Assembly: GCA_020426485.1 (NCBI GenBank)
Contig: JAGQPY010000002.1
Location: 1 to 62,770, forward strand
Reading direction: 5' to 3'
DNA from: Planctomycetaceae bacterium
Lineage (GTDB): Bacteria; Planctomycetota; Planctomycetia; Planctomycetales; Planctomycetaceae
Length of the DNA: 62,770 nt
Shown here: piece after piece, positions 47,756 through 56,900 of the stretch
How the letters are laid out: every line of letters begins with the position of its first letter
How positions within the stretch are numbered: the stretch's first letter is position 1
Position numbers and translations under genes: made by a program
Notes under the pieces: model-generated
What the model saw: only the letters and a program-made list of their open reading frames with translations
Told to the model about the DNA's origin: nothing
Databases searched by the model: none

Positions 47756-47932
47756 GTTTGTGTCTCCTGCGACTTAATCACTGTTGTTTCAATCCGCCGG
47801 GGCGAATTAACCGTTGGCCCGGGAGGTCTTCTGTCGTCCGTGAAAAATCCGCTTCAGTTGTTGAGAAGTGGCACTCCTGAGACCAGTAACGACCACCAGT
47901 CTCTGAAAAATCAAGTTATTCCCCGAACGGAC

Positions 47933-48376
47933 TCATAACTGCGTCTGACCGGCAGAGACGGTATCATGCTCACGAACCATCAATGCGTCTGCAGCCATCA
48001 CACGATTTCGTACGGAGAAACCCGTCATCCACAGCAGGTCGGGCGCAGCGTTCTGCATCGGAACATTCACTCGAATGTTGATCCGATCTCCGGCTTTCCC
48101 GGGGTCAGTGACTTCTACGGTTGCTCCACTCCCAAGTCTGGAGCCCAGTGACTGAATCACATCTTTGCGAACCGTTTCCGCGGGTGCATTTGTCAGGCAC
48201 AGCTGTCGAGCCCCGGCGTGTGCCGCATTGGCAATCCGGGTCTGCGCTGCGGTCAGCATTGTGAATTCGACGATGGCGAACAGCAGCAGCAGGAAAAGAG
48301 GAAGGACCAGGATGAGTTCCATTGAGAGAATAGCGCCACGTCGTCGGTGGACTGTTATTCGCGGAATGGACTTCAT
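47933..48376 (-). CDS. TadE-like pseudopilin
   Basis: HRRRGAILSMELILVLPLFLLLLFAIVEFTML is the TadE-family N-terminus. ATG at 48376; the longest ORF starts at TTG 48394. Confidence 0.85.
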   Translation of the reverse strand: MKSIPRITVHRRRGAILSMELILVLPLFLLLLFAIVEFTMLTAAQTRIANAAHAGARQLCLTNAPAETVRKDVIQSLGSRLGSGATVEVTDPGKAGDRINIRVNVPMQNAAPDLLWMTGFSVRNRVMAADALMVREHDTVSAGQTQL

Positions 48377-48554
48377 AATGACTCCCTGAATCAACGCAGA
48401 TCAGCGACCTGTAGTTCTGCTGTGAGTCCGTTCGGCGATTTCTGCTGCCTTCGGTGAGCAATTCACGCCTGCCGGGCGACAAACGGCCGAACTGTCGTCG
48501 GGGTGTGCCGGTTGGTGCGATGGCAACAAATATCGCTGACGCTTCAGCGGCCCG

Positions 48555-49106
48555 TTACCACTGAGCCGGGAACAGGAGCAGAATGCTCCATGTCGCGAGA
48601 GCAACCGGCATCGCGAAAGCCATGACTCGTCGTTTTGATCGCTGTTCCAGAGTTTCGGTAACAGCTCGTCGGCCCTTGCCTGCAACGGTTTCCCTCTTTG
48701 AATACCGAGCTCGTGTTTTTCGCCATCCGTTCTTCAGGATTCCGCCAATCACGACCGCCAATGTTCCCATGATCACAAAAATCAGACTTGCCAGAATGAC
48801 CTTCAGAGTCAGCCCGGCACCCAGCCAAACACTTAACGCGCCCATGAGTTTCACGTCGCCGCCACCCGCACTGCCAATCATCCACAGCACGAAGAAGATT
48901 CCGAAGCCGACAAGGAATCCGTAGAGTCCGTGGAGCAGACCGTCCGTCTGAAAGAAGATCCCCTGATAGATCCAGCCAGTGGCCCACATCGGGACGGTGA
49001 CTTTGTTAAAGATTTTCCGCCAGCGCAGGTCGGTGTAGGTGGTGATCGCCGTGAAGACAGCGATTGCGATGAGGAAGACTGTTTTGTGGATTTGCGGGTC
49101 GGACAT
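48555..49106 (-). CDS. A24-family prepilin peptidase (CpaA/TadV-like)
   Basis: TYTDLRWRKI and GGGDVKLMGALSVWLG supply the two catalytic Asp motifs. Polytopic. ATG at 49106; the longer ORF to 49340 adds a non-membrane leader that looks spurious. Confidence 0.85.
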   Translation of the reverse strand: MSDPQIHKTVFLIAIAVFTAITTYTDLRWRKIFNKVTVPMWATGWIYQGIFFQTDGLLHGLYGFLVGFGIFFVLWMIGSAGGGDVKLMGALSVWLGAGLTLKVILASLIFVIMGTLAVVIGGILKNGWRKTRARYSKRETVAGKGRRAVTETLEQRSKRRVMAFAMPVALATWSILLLFPAQW

Positions 49107-49372
49107 AGAGTGTGCGATTCTGCCAGCAGAGATGCGTTTCCTGGATTCGACATCGTCAACGGGAAGCGATGACTCCGGACTCGACAATTGTTGACCGGGA
49201 AATCGGAACATCTGCTGCTTTTTCACTCCCCTGCCCCACTCTTCGGGTTGCGAATCGCATTCGTCTCGAAACAATCCCTGCAATTCGCAAAAGCCGAACC
49301 TGTCTGCGTGCGGATGGTCACTGCATCCCGGCTGATGCATTCGATACAGGACCTGAAATCGGAATTTCCTTC

Positions 49373-50164
49373 ATGCCCGTTACTCCACCGATCGACCCAT
49401 GCGAACTGTTGACCACTGCAGAAGAGGCTGCCCGAGCAGGGGGACAGGTTCTGCAGGATTGGCGAGGCCGGTTTTCTGTTCGGGAGAAGAGTCGAGCAAA
49501 TCTGGTGACGGAAGCAGACCATGCTTCGCAGGAATTGATTCACCGATTGATCTCCGGCAGATATCCGGATCACGGGTTTCTTGGTGAGGAAGGGCTGAAT
49601 CTGCCCGCAAAAGGCTCTCCCTGGCAGTGGATCATTGATCCATTGGATGGCACTTCCAACTATGTGCATGGGTTTCCATATTACGCTGTTTCGATTGCCG
49701 TTCGGTACGACTCGGAACTGATCGCCGGTGTGATCTTCGACCCGACTCGAAACGAACTGTTTGCAGCGACGGCTGGCGGGGGAGCGTATCTGAACGGGCG
49801 GCAGATTTCCGCGAGTGGAGAGCGTGAGCCTTCGGGGGCGATGGTGATGGCCAGTCTGCCGGTGGGTGGCCGCCCCGAAGATCCGGCGGTTCAGCGATTT
49901 CTGAAGGCATTTTCGCATCTTCAGGCCGTGCAGCGCAGTGGTTCTGCTGCCTTGAATCTGGCGTGCGTGGCATCAGGCCGTATCGACGGGTTCTGGTCAA
50001 CCAGCCTGCACCCGTGGGATGTTGCCGCCGGGGTTCTGATTGTTCAGGAAGCCGGTGGAACCGTTACAACTCTGAAGGGTCATGCCATTGATATTTCCGT
50101 TCCGGATATACTGGCGGCCAGCAGTCCCGAACTCAGTGCTGCTCTGATCGGCATATTGAGATGA
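49373..50164 (+). CDS. suhB: Inositol monophosphatase family protein
   Basis: FLGEEG, WIIDPLDGTSNYVHG and HPWDVAAGVLIV motifs. The ATG at 49373 gives a normal-length (263 aa) protein. Confidence 0.9.
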   Translation: MPVTPPIDPCELLTTAEEAARAGGQVLQDWRGRFSVREKSRANLVTEADHASQELIHRLISGRYPDHGFLGEEGLNLPAKGSPWQWIIDPLDGTSNYVHGFPYYAVSIAVRYDSELIAGVIFDPTRNELFAATAGGGAYLNGRQISASGEREPSGAMVMASLPVGGRPEDPAVQRFLKAFSHLQAVQRSGSAALNLACVASGRIDGFWSTSLHPWDVAAGVLIVQEAGGTVTTLKGHAIDISVPDILAASSPELSAALIGILR

Positions 50165-50175
50165 GCAATTCCGTC

Positions 50176-50205
50176 CGGATCCACGCTCCACAGATCCGTT
50201 TCGTT
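50176..50205 (+). terminator. Weak terminator-like hairpin after the IMPase gene
   Basis: CGGATC (50176-50181) pairs with GATCCG (50193-50198) around an 11-nt loop, followed by TTTCGTT. Confidence 0.3.
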
Positions 50206-50555
50206 GCGGATTGGACAGTCCGGCGACTCAGGGAAGTCCCATGAATTCCTTCACTTACCCGCATTTACGACGTAGGATTCCTCGTCGGACTATTTGGCCG
50301 TTGTCCGCCCTGCGATTGTTCTGAAGCCGGGCTGTGACATCTGAGCGATCCTGAGAATGCATCAGTTGGCAGATGTTTTTGTTTTTTGCCGGAAACGGTT
50401 TGCCTCCGGATGGACGGTCAGAACAGGACCACTCGGTGGTCGTTGGGCCGATCTTAACGTTGCTGTTTCTGAGCCATGTCAGAAGTTGAAGCGGGTTCAG
50501 TTTAGTTGTTGTTTCGTTTGTTCTTCATTGAAAGCTCAGGCACTGAACGTTTCCG

Positions 50556-53500
50556 ATGCGGCAGCTCGACCCAAAATCAGGACTGCGATTATGCTGCGGG
50601 ATCAGGCTCGTCCTAGTGATCGTGCTGTTGCTGTTCAGCCACGCGGCTCGACTTCATGGTCAGGAGGGTGCCACATCGGCGGCGAACTCAGTTTCTTCAA
50701 TTGAGGTCATTCAGCGGAATGGCGAAACCGGCGAAACGATTCCTGTTCCCGGATTCAGTCCGGAACTTCTGAAGGAAATGCTCGATCGAGCTCAGCTTCA
50801 GGCGCACCCGCCGCTTTACCGAATTGAAGATCTCAAACTGCTGGGGCAGGTGTCTCAGGGGTTGGTTGATCTGAGGGTGCAGTTGCAGATTCAGATTCTC
50901 AGAGACGGGGAAGCAATCGCTGTTCCGCTGGGTTTCGAAGACCTGCAGCTCAGAGATCATGTTCACCGAACGGCTGTTTCCGGTGGCAGTGGCTATCCCA
51001 ACGTGGCAAGACTGCCCGTCAAGGAATGGATCTTCTTCGGCAAGGGCCGTCACGAGCTTGAGTTGACGTTTGTTGGTGTCGTGCGTTCCGCATTGAACGG
51101 AACACAGCGACTGACTCTGGCGGCTCCAAAGTCCGTTGTCAGTCATTTGCAGATCGGCTTTTCAGAACGCGTAACGGGTGTGACCTCGACCCCCGAAAAG
51201 CCGTTTGAGCTGTCTGTGGATGAGGCGGCAGCGACCTCCGCGCTTCAGATGTGGGGGTTGACAGAGTCGATTGAGATTTCATGGCTGACCCGGCCATCGG
51301 AGTCCGAGCAGACGGTCAATCTTCAGGCTTCCGCTGCTGCCGATATGCGATTGGATCTGACAACGGTACCGGCATCGCTTGCAGTCCGGCAGCCGCTCAA
51401 TATTTCCGGTGGCGCATTGAGTGAACTTCGAGTGCGTTTGCCGGCAGGATTTCGACAGGTTTCGATTGATGGTGTTGATGGGAACGGTAACTCGGTTGTC
51501 AAATCGGTATCGGTGACGACCGATGAAACAAACGAGGCGCTGATTACGTTAAACTCCGCCGTCACCGGCGCTTTAATTCTGAATTATGACCTTGGGCTGA
51601 AGGATACGGCTTACCCGCAGGAAATCACGGTTCAGGTGCCGGACGTTGAGAGTGTTTCGAATGAAACGGCGGATCTGGAAATCTACGTTCCTCGCGGTCT
51701 GGAATTTGATCGTCCGCGCGAGCACGCTGTTCGCAGCAAACGAGTGGAAACGTCTCGTGATCTGCGTACGGCTGCTTTGGCCTATCGATTGCTTTCCAGT
51801 GACAGTCGAATCCATCTGAAGGTCAGTGAAAGCGAAGTGTTTTTTGCCGTCTCTCCGCAGATCAGTTTTACAACAGAGCAGGACCAGATCCTCAAACGCG
51901 ATTCTGTGCTGGTCTCTGCTCGTTTTTCCGTCAACGTCATTCGTGGGTCATTGAACGAGCTGACCGTCCGTTGGCCCGGGTACCTCTCCGAAGGCTGGCA
52001 GATTCTTGCGGGTGACACTCGGCTGATTGCCGGGCAGACATCGACGCCGATTTCAGGGTTTGCGTCGCCGACAAATCCTGACGAGTTCACGATGGTTTTT
52101 CCGGAACGACAGTCCGGTCAATTCGAAATTGAGTTGCAGGGATTTCGTGATCTGGAATCGTTTCAGGCCGCAGAAGGACTCACCTACCTTCCGGAGATTG
52201 ATACGCCGACGGCACACTCTGCGATTGTGTCGCTGGTGGAATCGGACGAATACTCCATGTATCTCGTGCCCCTGGATGAGCAGCCATCGTTTCCTGTGCT
52301 TCCCTCCAACCGATGGCCCGAAAGCCTGAAAGCGGTCAAACAGCCACTAACGGCATGGCTGGTCGACGCTCCGGACCGGCCAATGCGGATTCGGATTACT
52401 CCGCAGCGTCCTGAGGTTCGAACCAGGATGCTGGTGGCAGTTTCTGTGGTGAATGAGAGCTTTCATGTTCGGGAAGTTCTGTCCTTTGACGTTCGGCACA
52501 GGGAACTTTCAGAGATCCAGCTTTCGGATATCGGCGCGTCACCGACAGTACGTCTGGAAGATGCCTCGGAGGCTCTGGAGAGAACGACATCCGATGGTGA
52601 GGCGTTAGTGTACAGTCTGCCTTCACCGATGCGTGGAAGCTTCCGTCTGATTGTCGATTACAACTGGTCAGGGCGAATTTCGCTGCAAACCGAAGAAAAG
52701 GCACCGGTCGCTGTGCCGCTCGTGTTGCCACTGGGATTTACGGAGGATATTTCGGAAATCGTTGTGGCGACAAACAGTCCGGAAAAGATTGTTCTGGATG
52801 GCTCGTCCGGCGGAACGCCGGTGTACTCCGAAGAGTACTCCGCTTCTTGGGTTCTGAACGATGTGCCGGAGACGCTGCCGATTCAACTGAGGCAGCCATT
52901 GTCAGCGGAAGAAATCACCGCGCCGCAGTTTGTTGTGGCAACCACCGTTGTGAATCCCCAGACGGTTATGACTCGCGTGACTGCAGTTTATGACAAACTG
53001 CCGGGCTCGGTTCTGTGTCGACTCAGCCGCGAAGCTGTTGCCTTGCGAGCTTCGATGAACGGCCGCGCGGCGAGTTTTGATCAGGTCGATGATGATGATC
53101 CTTCGTCGGTTTTGTTTCAGCTCACTCCGGCCCCCGATATCGTGCTGGATTCCCCCGCGGAAATCACGATCGTGACGCAGCAGATTCGAGATGACAGTGA
53201 GTGGAGGCAATCGATACTGCTGCCGGAGTTGCTGGGTGCCGAGGACTGCAATGTTGTCTGGATCGTTCCCCAGATTGCGGGGTACTCCATATTTCCGGTC
53301 AGCAATGGGGAGTTTAAGTTATCTCTGTCAGATTCGGGTGGGGCGAATCAACTGCATTCCGGTGAAGCACTGGCGCTGGCTCCTGTGATTTCGCCGTTTT
53401 CGCCGTCAGTACGAGAACGAATTCTGGAGATTGTTGATGATTCCGTTTCCGGAACGGACGCTTGTGAGGTGGTTCTTGGCACGATGATGGGAACCCGCCA

Positions 53501-53891
53501 GAAACTGTACACCTTGTCTCGCAGTCTGCTGTTGCTGATTGTGTCTGCCTGCAGTCTGGTGATTTACTTTCTTGTGCAGCGACTTGGGTTAGCGAACCTA
53601 TGTGCCATTTTCGTCGTTCTGGGGGCTGCTGCTGTCGGGATCACAGGATTCATACCGACCGCCGTCACGACATCGCTGATTCGATATCTGCCTCTCTTCG
53701 CGCTGGCAGCGATTGCGGCTGTTTTTCAGAGATATCTGAGTGGCTCACAGTCGCCGTTTCTCATGACTCCGTCTTCAGACGAGGGCAGTACGATTTTCGT
53801 CGTTGAGCCCGTGCAGCAGGCATTGAAAACGGCAGGGAACGGCACCTCCGCCCTTTCCGCGTCTCGTCCGTCAGGACTCAGTCCGACCTGA
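50556..53891 (+). CDS. Giant envelope protein A: signal peptide, ~950-aa ectodomain and a C-terminal cluster of three TM helices; no recognisable domain
   Basis: 1111-aa ORF. N-terminus LRLCCGIRLVLVIVLLLFSHAARLHGQ. TM cluster LLLLIVSACSLVIYFLV / LCAIFVVLGAAAVGITGFI / YLPLFALAAIAAVF at roughly nt 53520-53735. Confidence 0.85.
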   Translation: MRQLDPKSGLRLCCGIRLVLVIVLLLFSHAARLHGQEGATSAANSVSSIEVIQRNGETGETIPVPGFSPELLKEMLDRAQLQAHPPLYRIEDLKLLGQVSQGLVDLRVQLQIQILRDGEAIAVPLGFEDLQLRDHVHRTAVSGGSGYPNVARLPVKEWIFFGKGRHELELTFVGVVRSALNGTQRLTLAAPKSVVSHLQIGFSERVTGVTSTPEKPFELSVDEAAATSALQMWGLTESIEISWLTRPSESEQTVNLQASAAADMRLDLTTVPASLAVRQPLNISGGALSELRVRLPAGFRQVSIDGVDGNGNSVVKSVSVTTDETNEALITLNSAVTGALILNYDLGLKDTAYPQEITVQVPDVESVSNETADLEIYVPRGLEFDRPREHAVRSKRVETSRDLRTAALAYRLLSSDSRIHLKVSESEVFFAVSPQISFTTEQDQILKRDSVLVSARFSVNVIRGSLNELTVRWPGYLSEGWQILAGDTRLIAGQTSTPISGFASPTNPDEFTMVFPERQSGQFEIELQGFRDLESFQAAEGLTYLPEIDTPTAHSAIVSLVESDEYSMYLVPLDEQPSFPVLPSNRWPESLKAVKQPLTAWLVDAPDRPMRIRITPQRPEVRTRMLVAVSVVNESFHVREVLSFDVRHRELSEIQLSDIGASPTVRLEDASEALERTTSDGEALVYSLPSPMRGSFRLIVDYNWSGRISLQTEEKAPVAVPLVLPLGFTEDISEIVVATNSPEKIVLDGSSGGTPVYSEEYSASWVLNDVPETLPIQLRQPLSAEEITAPQFVVATTVVNPQTVMTRVTAVYDKLPGSVLCRLSREAVALRASMNGRAASFDQVDDDDPSSVLFQLTPAPDIVLDSPAEITIVTQQIRDDSEWRQSILLPELLGAEDCNVVWIVPQIAGYSIFPVSNGEFKLSLSDSGGANQLHSGEALALAPVISPFSPSVRERILEIVDDSVSGTDACEVVLGTMMGTRQKLYTLSRSLLLLIVSACSLVIYFLVQRLGLANLCAIFVVLGAAAVGITGFIPTAVTTSLIRYLPLFALAAIAAVFQRYLSGSQSPFLMTPSSDEGSTIFVVEPVQQALKTAGNGTSALSASRPSGLSPT

Positions 53892-53902
53892 GGAGCGGGA
53901 TC

Positions 53903-56900
53903 ATGCGTCTGCGATTGCTGATATCGATCCTGATCCTGAACTGCGTGAATTGGTGCAGTGCTCAGACGCCGCCGGCCCCTGCGTCCGGCGAGTCGTGGTA
54001 TCAGGGCGGATTTCTTTTTCGCAGGGTCTCTCCTGCGGATCTGGCGGCGCAGTTAAAGGGAGGCACGTACGTGCCGGTACGTCCCGACCAGTTTGATGAA
54101 CTGCTGAAGTCCCACAGTCGTGATCGATCTCGTTCGACAGACTGGAATGCGGTCCGAAAAGCGGAGTACCGCGCGACGCTGGTGAATGAATCTCTGGAAA
54201 GCGGAACGGTCGCGCTTGAACTCTACGGTCGCACGGATCAAAGCCCGCCGGAAAGGAGTATTCACCTGGGAGCTCTCAATCTGAGTGAACTTCGACTTTT
54301 TTCTCAGGGGGTCGAGGTTCCCGTCGCAGTCGATTCACAGGAACGGTCCGTGGTTTTGACCGAACGCCCTGCTTCTGCACTCACAGGGAGCTGGACGGCC
54401 ACTGGGACGATGAACGGGGAAGACCTGATTTTCCAGTTGCGACTTCCTCGCGCTTCGTTGTGTTCGTTTGAACTGGAAACCAGCCTGAACACTCAGGTGA
54501 CAAGTCCAAACGCTCTCGTGATTCCTTCTTCGTCGGATGACACGAAGTCGACCTGGCTGCTGATGCCGCGATCACCATCGCTCCTGACGCTTGTTTGTTC
54601 CCGTAACCTGAAAACTCGTGAATCGGAACTGACCGGTGTGAGTATTCAGGGGGACTATCGATTCGGTGAGTCACAGACGGAGATGAGCTGGTCGGTAAAT
54701 GTGCCGCGTACTCTGACGGACTGCGACCTGCAGTTTCTGATTCAACCCGGTTGTCAGATCGCGAAGGTGGACAGTACACCATTTCCTGGTCCTCAATGGA
54801 CCACTGCCGAGGTTGACGGCAATGTTGTTCTGAATATCAAAATGCCGCCACTGACCACGGCGGCGACGTTGGGAATTCTTGGTCGTAGTCAATTTCAGTT
54901 ATCCAAACTCTTTTCTTTGCCTGTCATTCGACCGATGACATATCGGTTGTCGGGGGGAACGACTGACCTTGACCTTCCCCTGCGTTTTTCCACATGCCGT
55001 TTGAATGTTGCCCCCGAACTTGCAATCAGTCATCTGGACCTGACCGATTTCCAGGAACGGGATGTGACCTATTCTTCTGATGGCGGGCAGGCGCTGGAAC
55101 TGGTTCAGAATTCTGCGGCCGCTGGCGCCGAGATCGGCCTGGTCGGAGCTCGGCCACTGGTTGAAGATTCTGTGGCAGTCGAGCTTGGAACCGGTAACGA
55201 CCGGAATATGGCGACAGCAAACGTCTTCGTTTCCGTCGCGACCGGCGCGCTGAGTGAGGTGAGCTGGAACATTCCTCGATCGTGGCGCGTGACCGATGTT
55301 TTTGAGGCGGATTCCCGGTTGCCACTGCTTTTCCAGATCGAAAGCCCTTCGGATGCATCGGGAGAAACACGCCTCACTGCTTTCCTGAGAAATCCACTGA
55401 CGACTCGTGCCGGTCAGCTGCTGACCATTGAAATGCAGTCCACGGAGAACCGAATCCGAGCAGGAATTCGACCTGCTTTGATTAACAGTCAGCAATATCG
55501 CCGTAAACAGAATCTGCTGATTGGTCCCGGCGAAGAACTGAGAACTTTTGGTGCTGACGACGGGATGTTCCTCAACGACGAGACCATCGAAACCATCACA
55601 ATGGAACTTGGCAGACTGGGAGTTAAGCCTGATCAGACGGTATCCATCGTATCGGTGGATGAACTGCAGGAATCCAGTGAAGAACGAAGTCCGGTTTCGT
55701 TGCTGTCCGGAAGCATTGACTATTCCGCCCTGATGAATCCGGAGAACTTTCTGCGAGAAAGTTTTCGGCTCAGGCTGCGTTCACAGGACGCCATTCCGGA
55801 ACGAGTCCCTCTGGCTGCATTGCCGGGACTCGAACTGACGATTTCAGATGTTTCCGTGACTCAGCCCACTCCATCGCTGAGGCCGGTGGCCAATGCCGGA
55901 TCGACGGAAAACTGGGTGATTGAGGTGCCGCCCGGGCTTTCACCCGGAAACCTGCTGGACATAACCTTAACCGCAACGCGACCGTTTCGCGATGGCCTGC
56001 CGATGGCATGGCTGTCCGTTCCTTCCGCAAGCACCATGACAGGAACACTTCGTCCACTGGACAATACGTCCGGAATTCAACTGCTGAGGACGGGTGAGCC
56101 GCTGGAAGTTGTGTCAGACGTGTTGCCATACCCGGACAGGAGTGCATTCGGCGGGTTTGTCTATCGAAGTAATGCCGCAACGGATTCTCGCCAGGACATT
56201 TCCGGAAACTCAGTGGTTTTGCTGGACGTCGCTTCGGGAGAAATGACCGGGACAGTCTTCAGTCATCTGCTGGTTCATTCATCAGATGCAAAGCCCTTCC
56301 TTGGACTTCGCCTGGACGGGGCTTCCGATTTGCGAGTCTTCGTCGATGGCAAAGCGACATATGCACACCAGTTGGACGATACATTGCGACTGGCACTGCC
56401 GGAAGGCCCCGGTATCTCGACGGTCGACCTCTTTTACCGAATTACACTTCACGAACAGGACACATCACTGGCGTACACTTCAATTGGTTTTCCCTTCAGT
56501 GACTCGGTCTACCATGTTCACGAAATTCTGCCACCGGTCGGATTTCTACTGGAGCCAGAGGTGGCACATGCCATGGTTGCCACCGGCAGAGACAGCGGTC
56601 AGCGTTTGGTCGCCGATTATTTCACTCGTCAGGCTTCTGACGCCGTCAGAGATTTTTCCCGCAGTTTTCGGTCTCGCTGGAATCAACGGCGTTTGCAGGA
56701 CGTTTCAGCAATCTGGCTGAAGATGGAAACGGGACAGTCCGTCGCCAGCCTGACAGTCATCAATACTCATGTTCGAACGTTTGTTGAACTGGCAGTGTTT
56801 GTGATTGTTCTGGTGCTGTGGCTGTACGTAGCCGGAGATCGCCGGTCGACCGCCGTTCCGGCCGTTGGACTCATGATCGGGGCACTATTGCTGATGTTAT

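Noticed and set aside
48555-49340. Long (261-aa) version of the prepilin peptidase ORF
   Set aside because: The extra 78 N-terminal residues are hydrophilic and Cys/His/Arg-rich, unlike A24 peptidases. They would also run into the divergent IMPase promoter region. The ATG at 49106 gives a normal polytopic protein.
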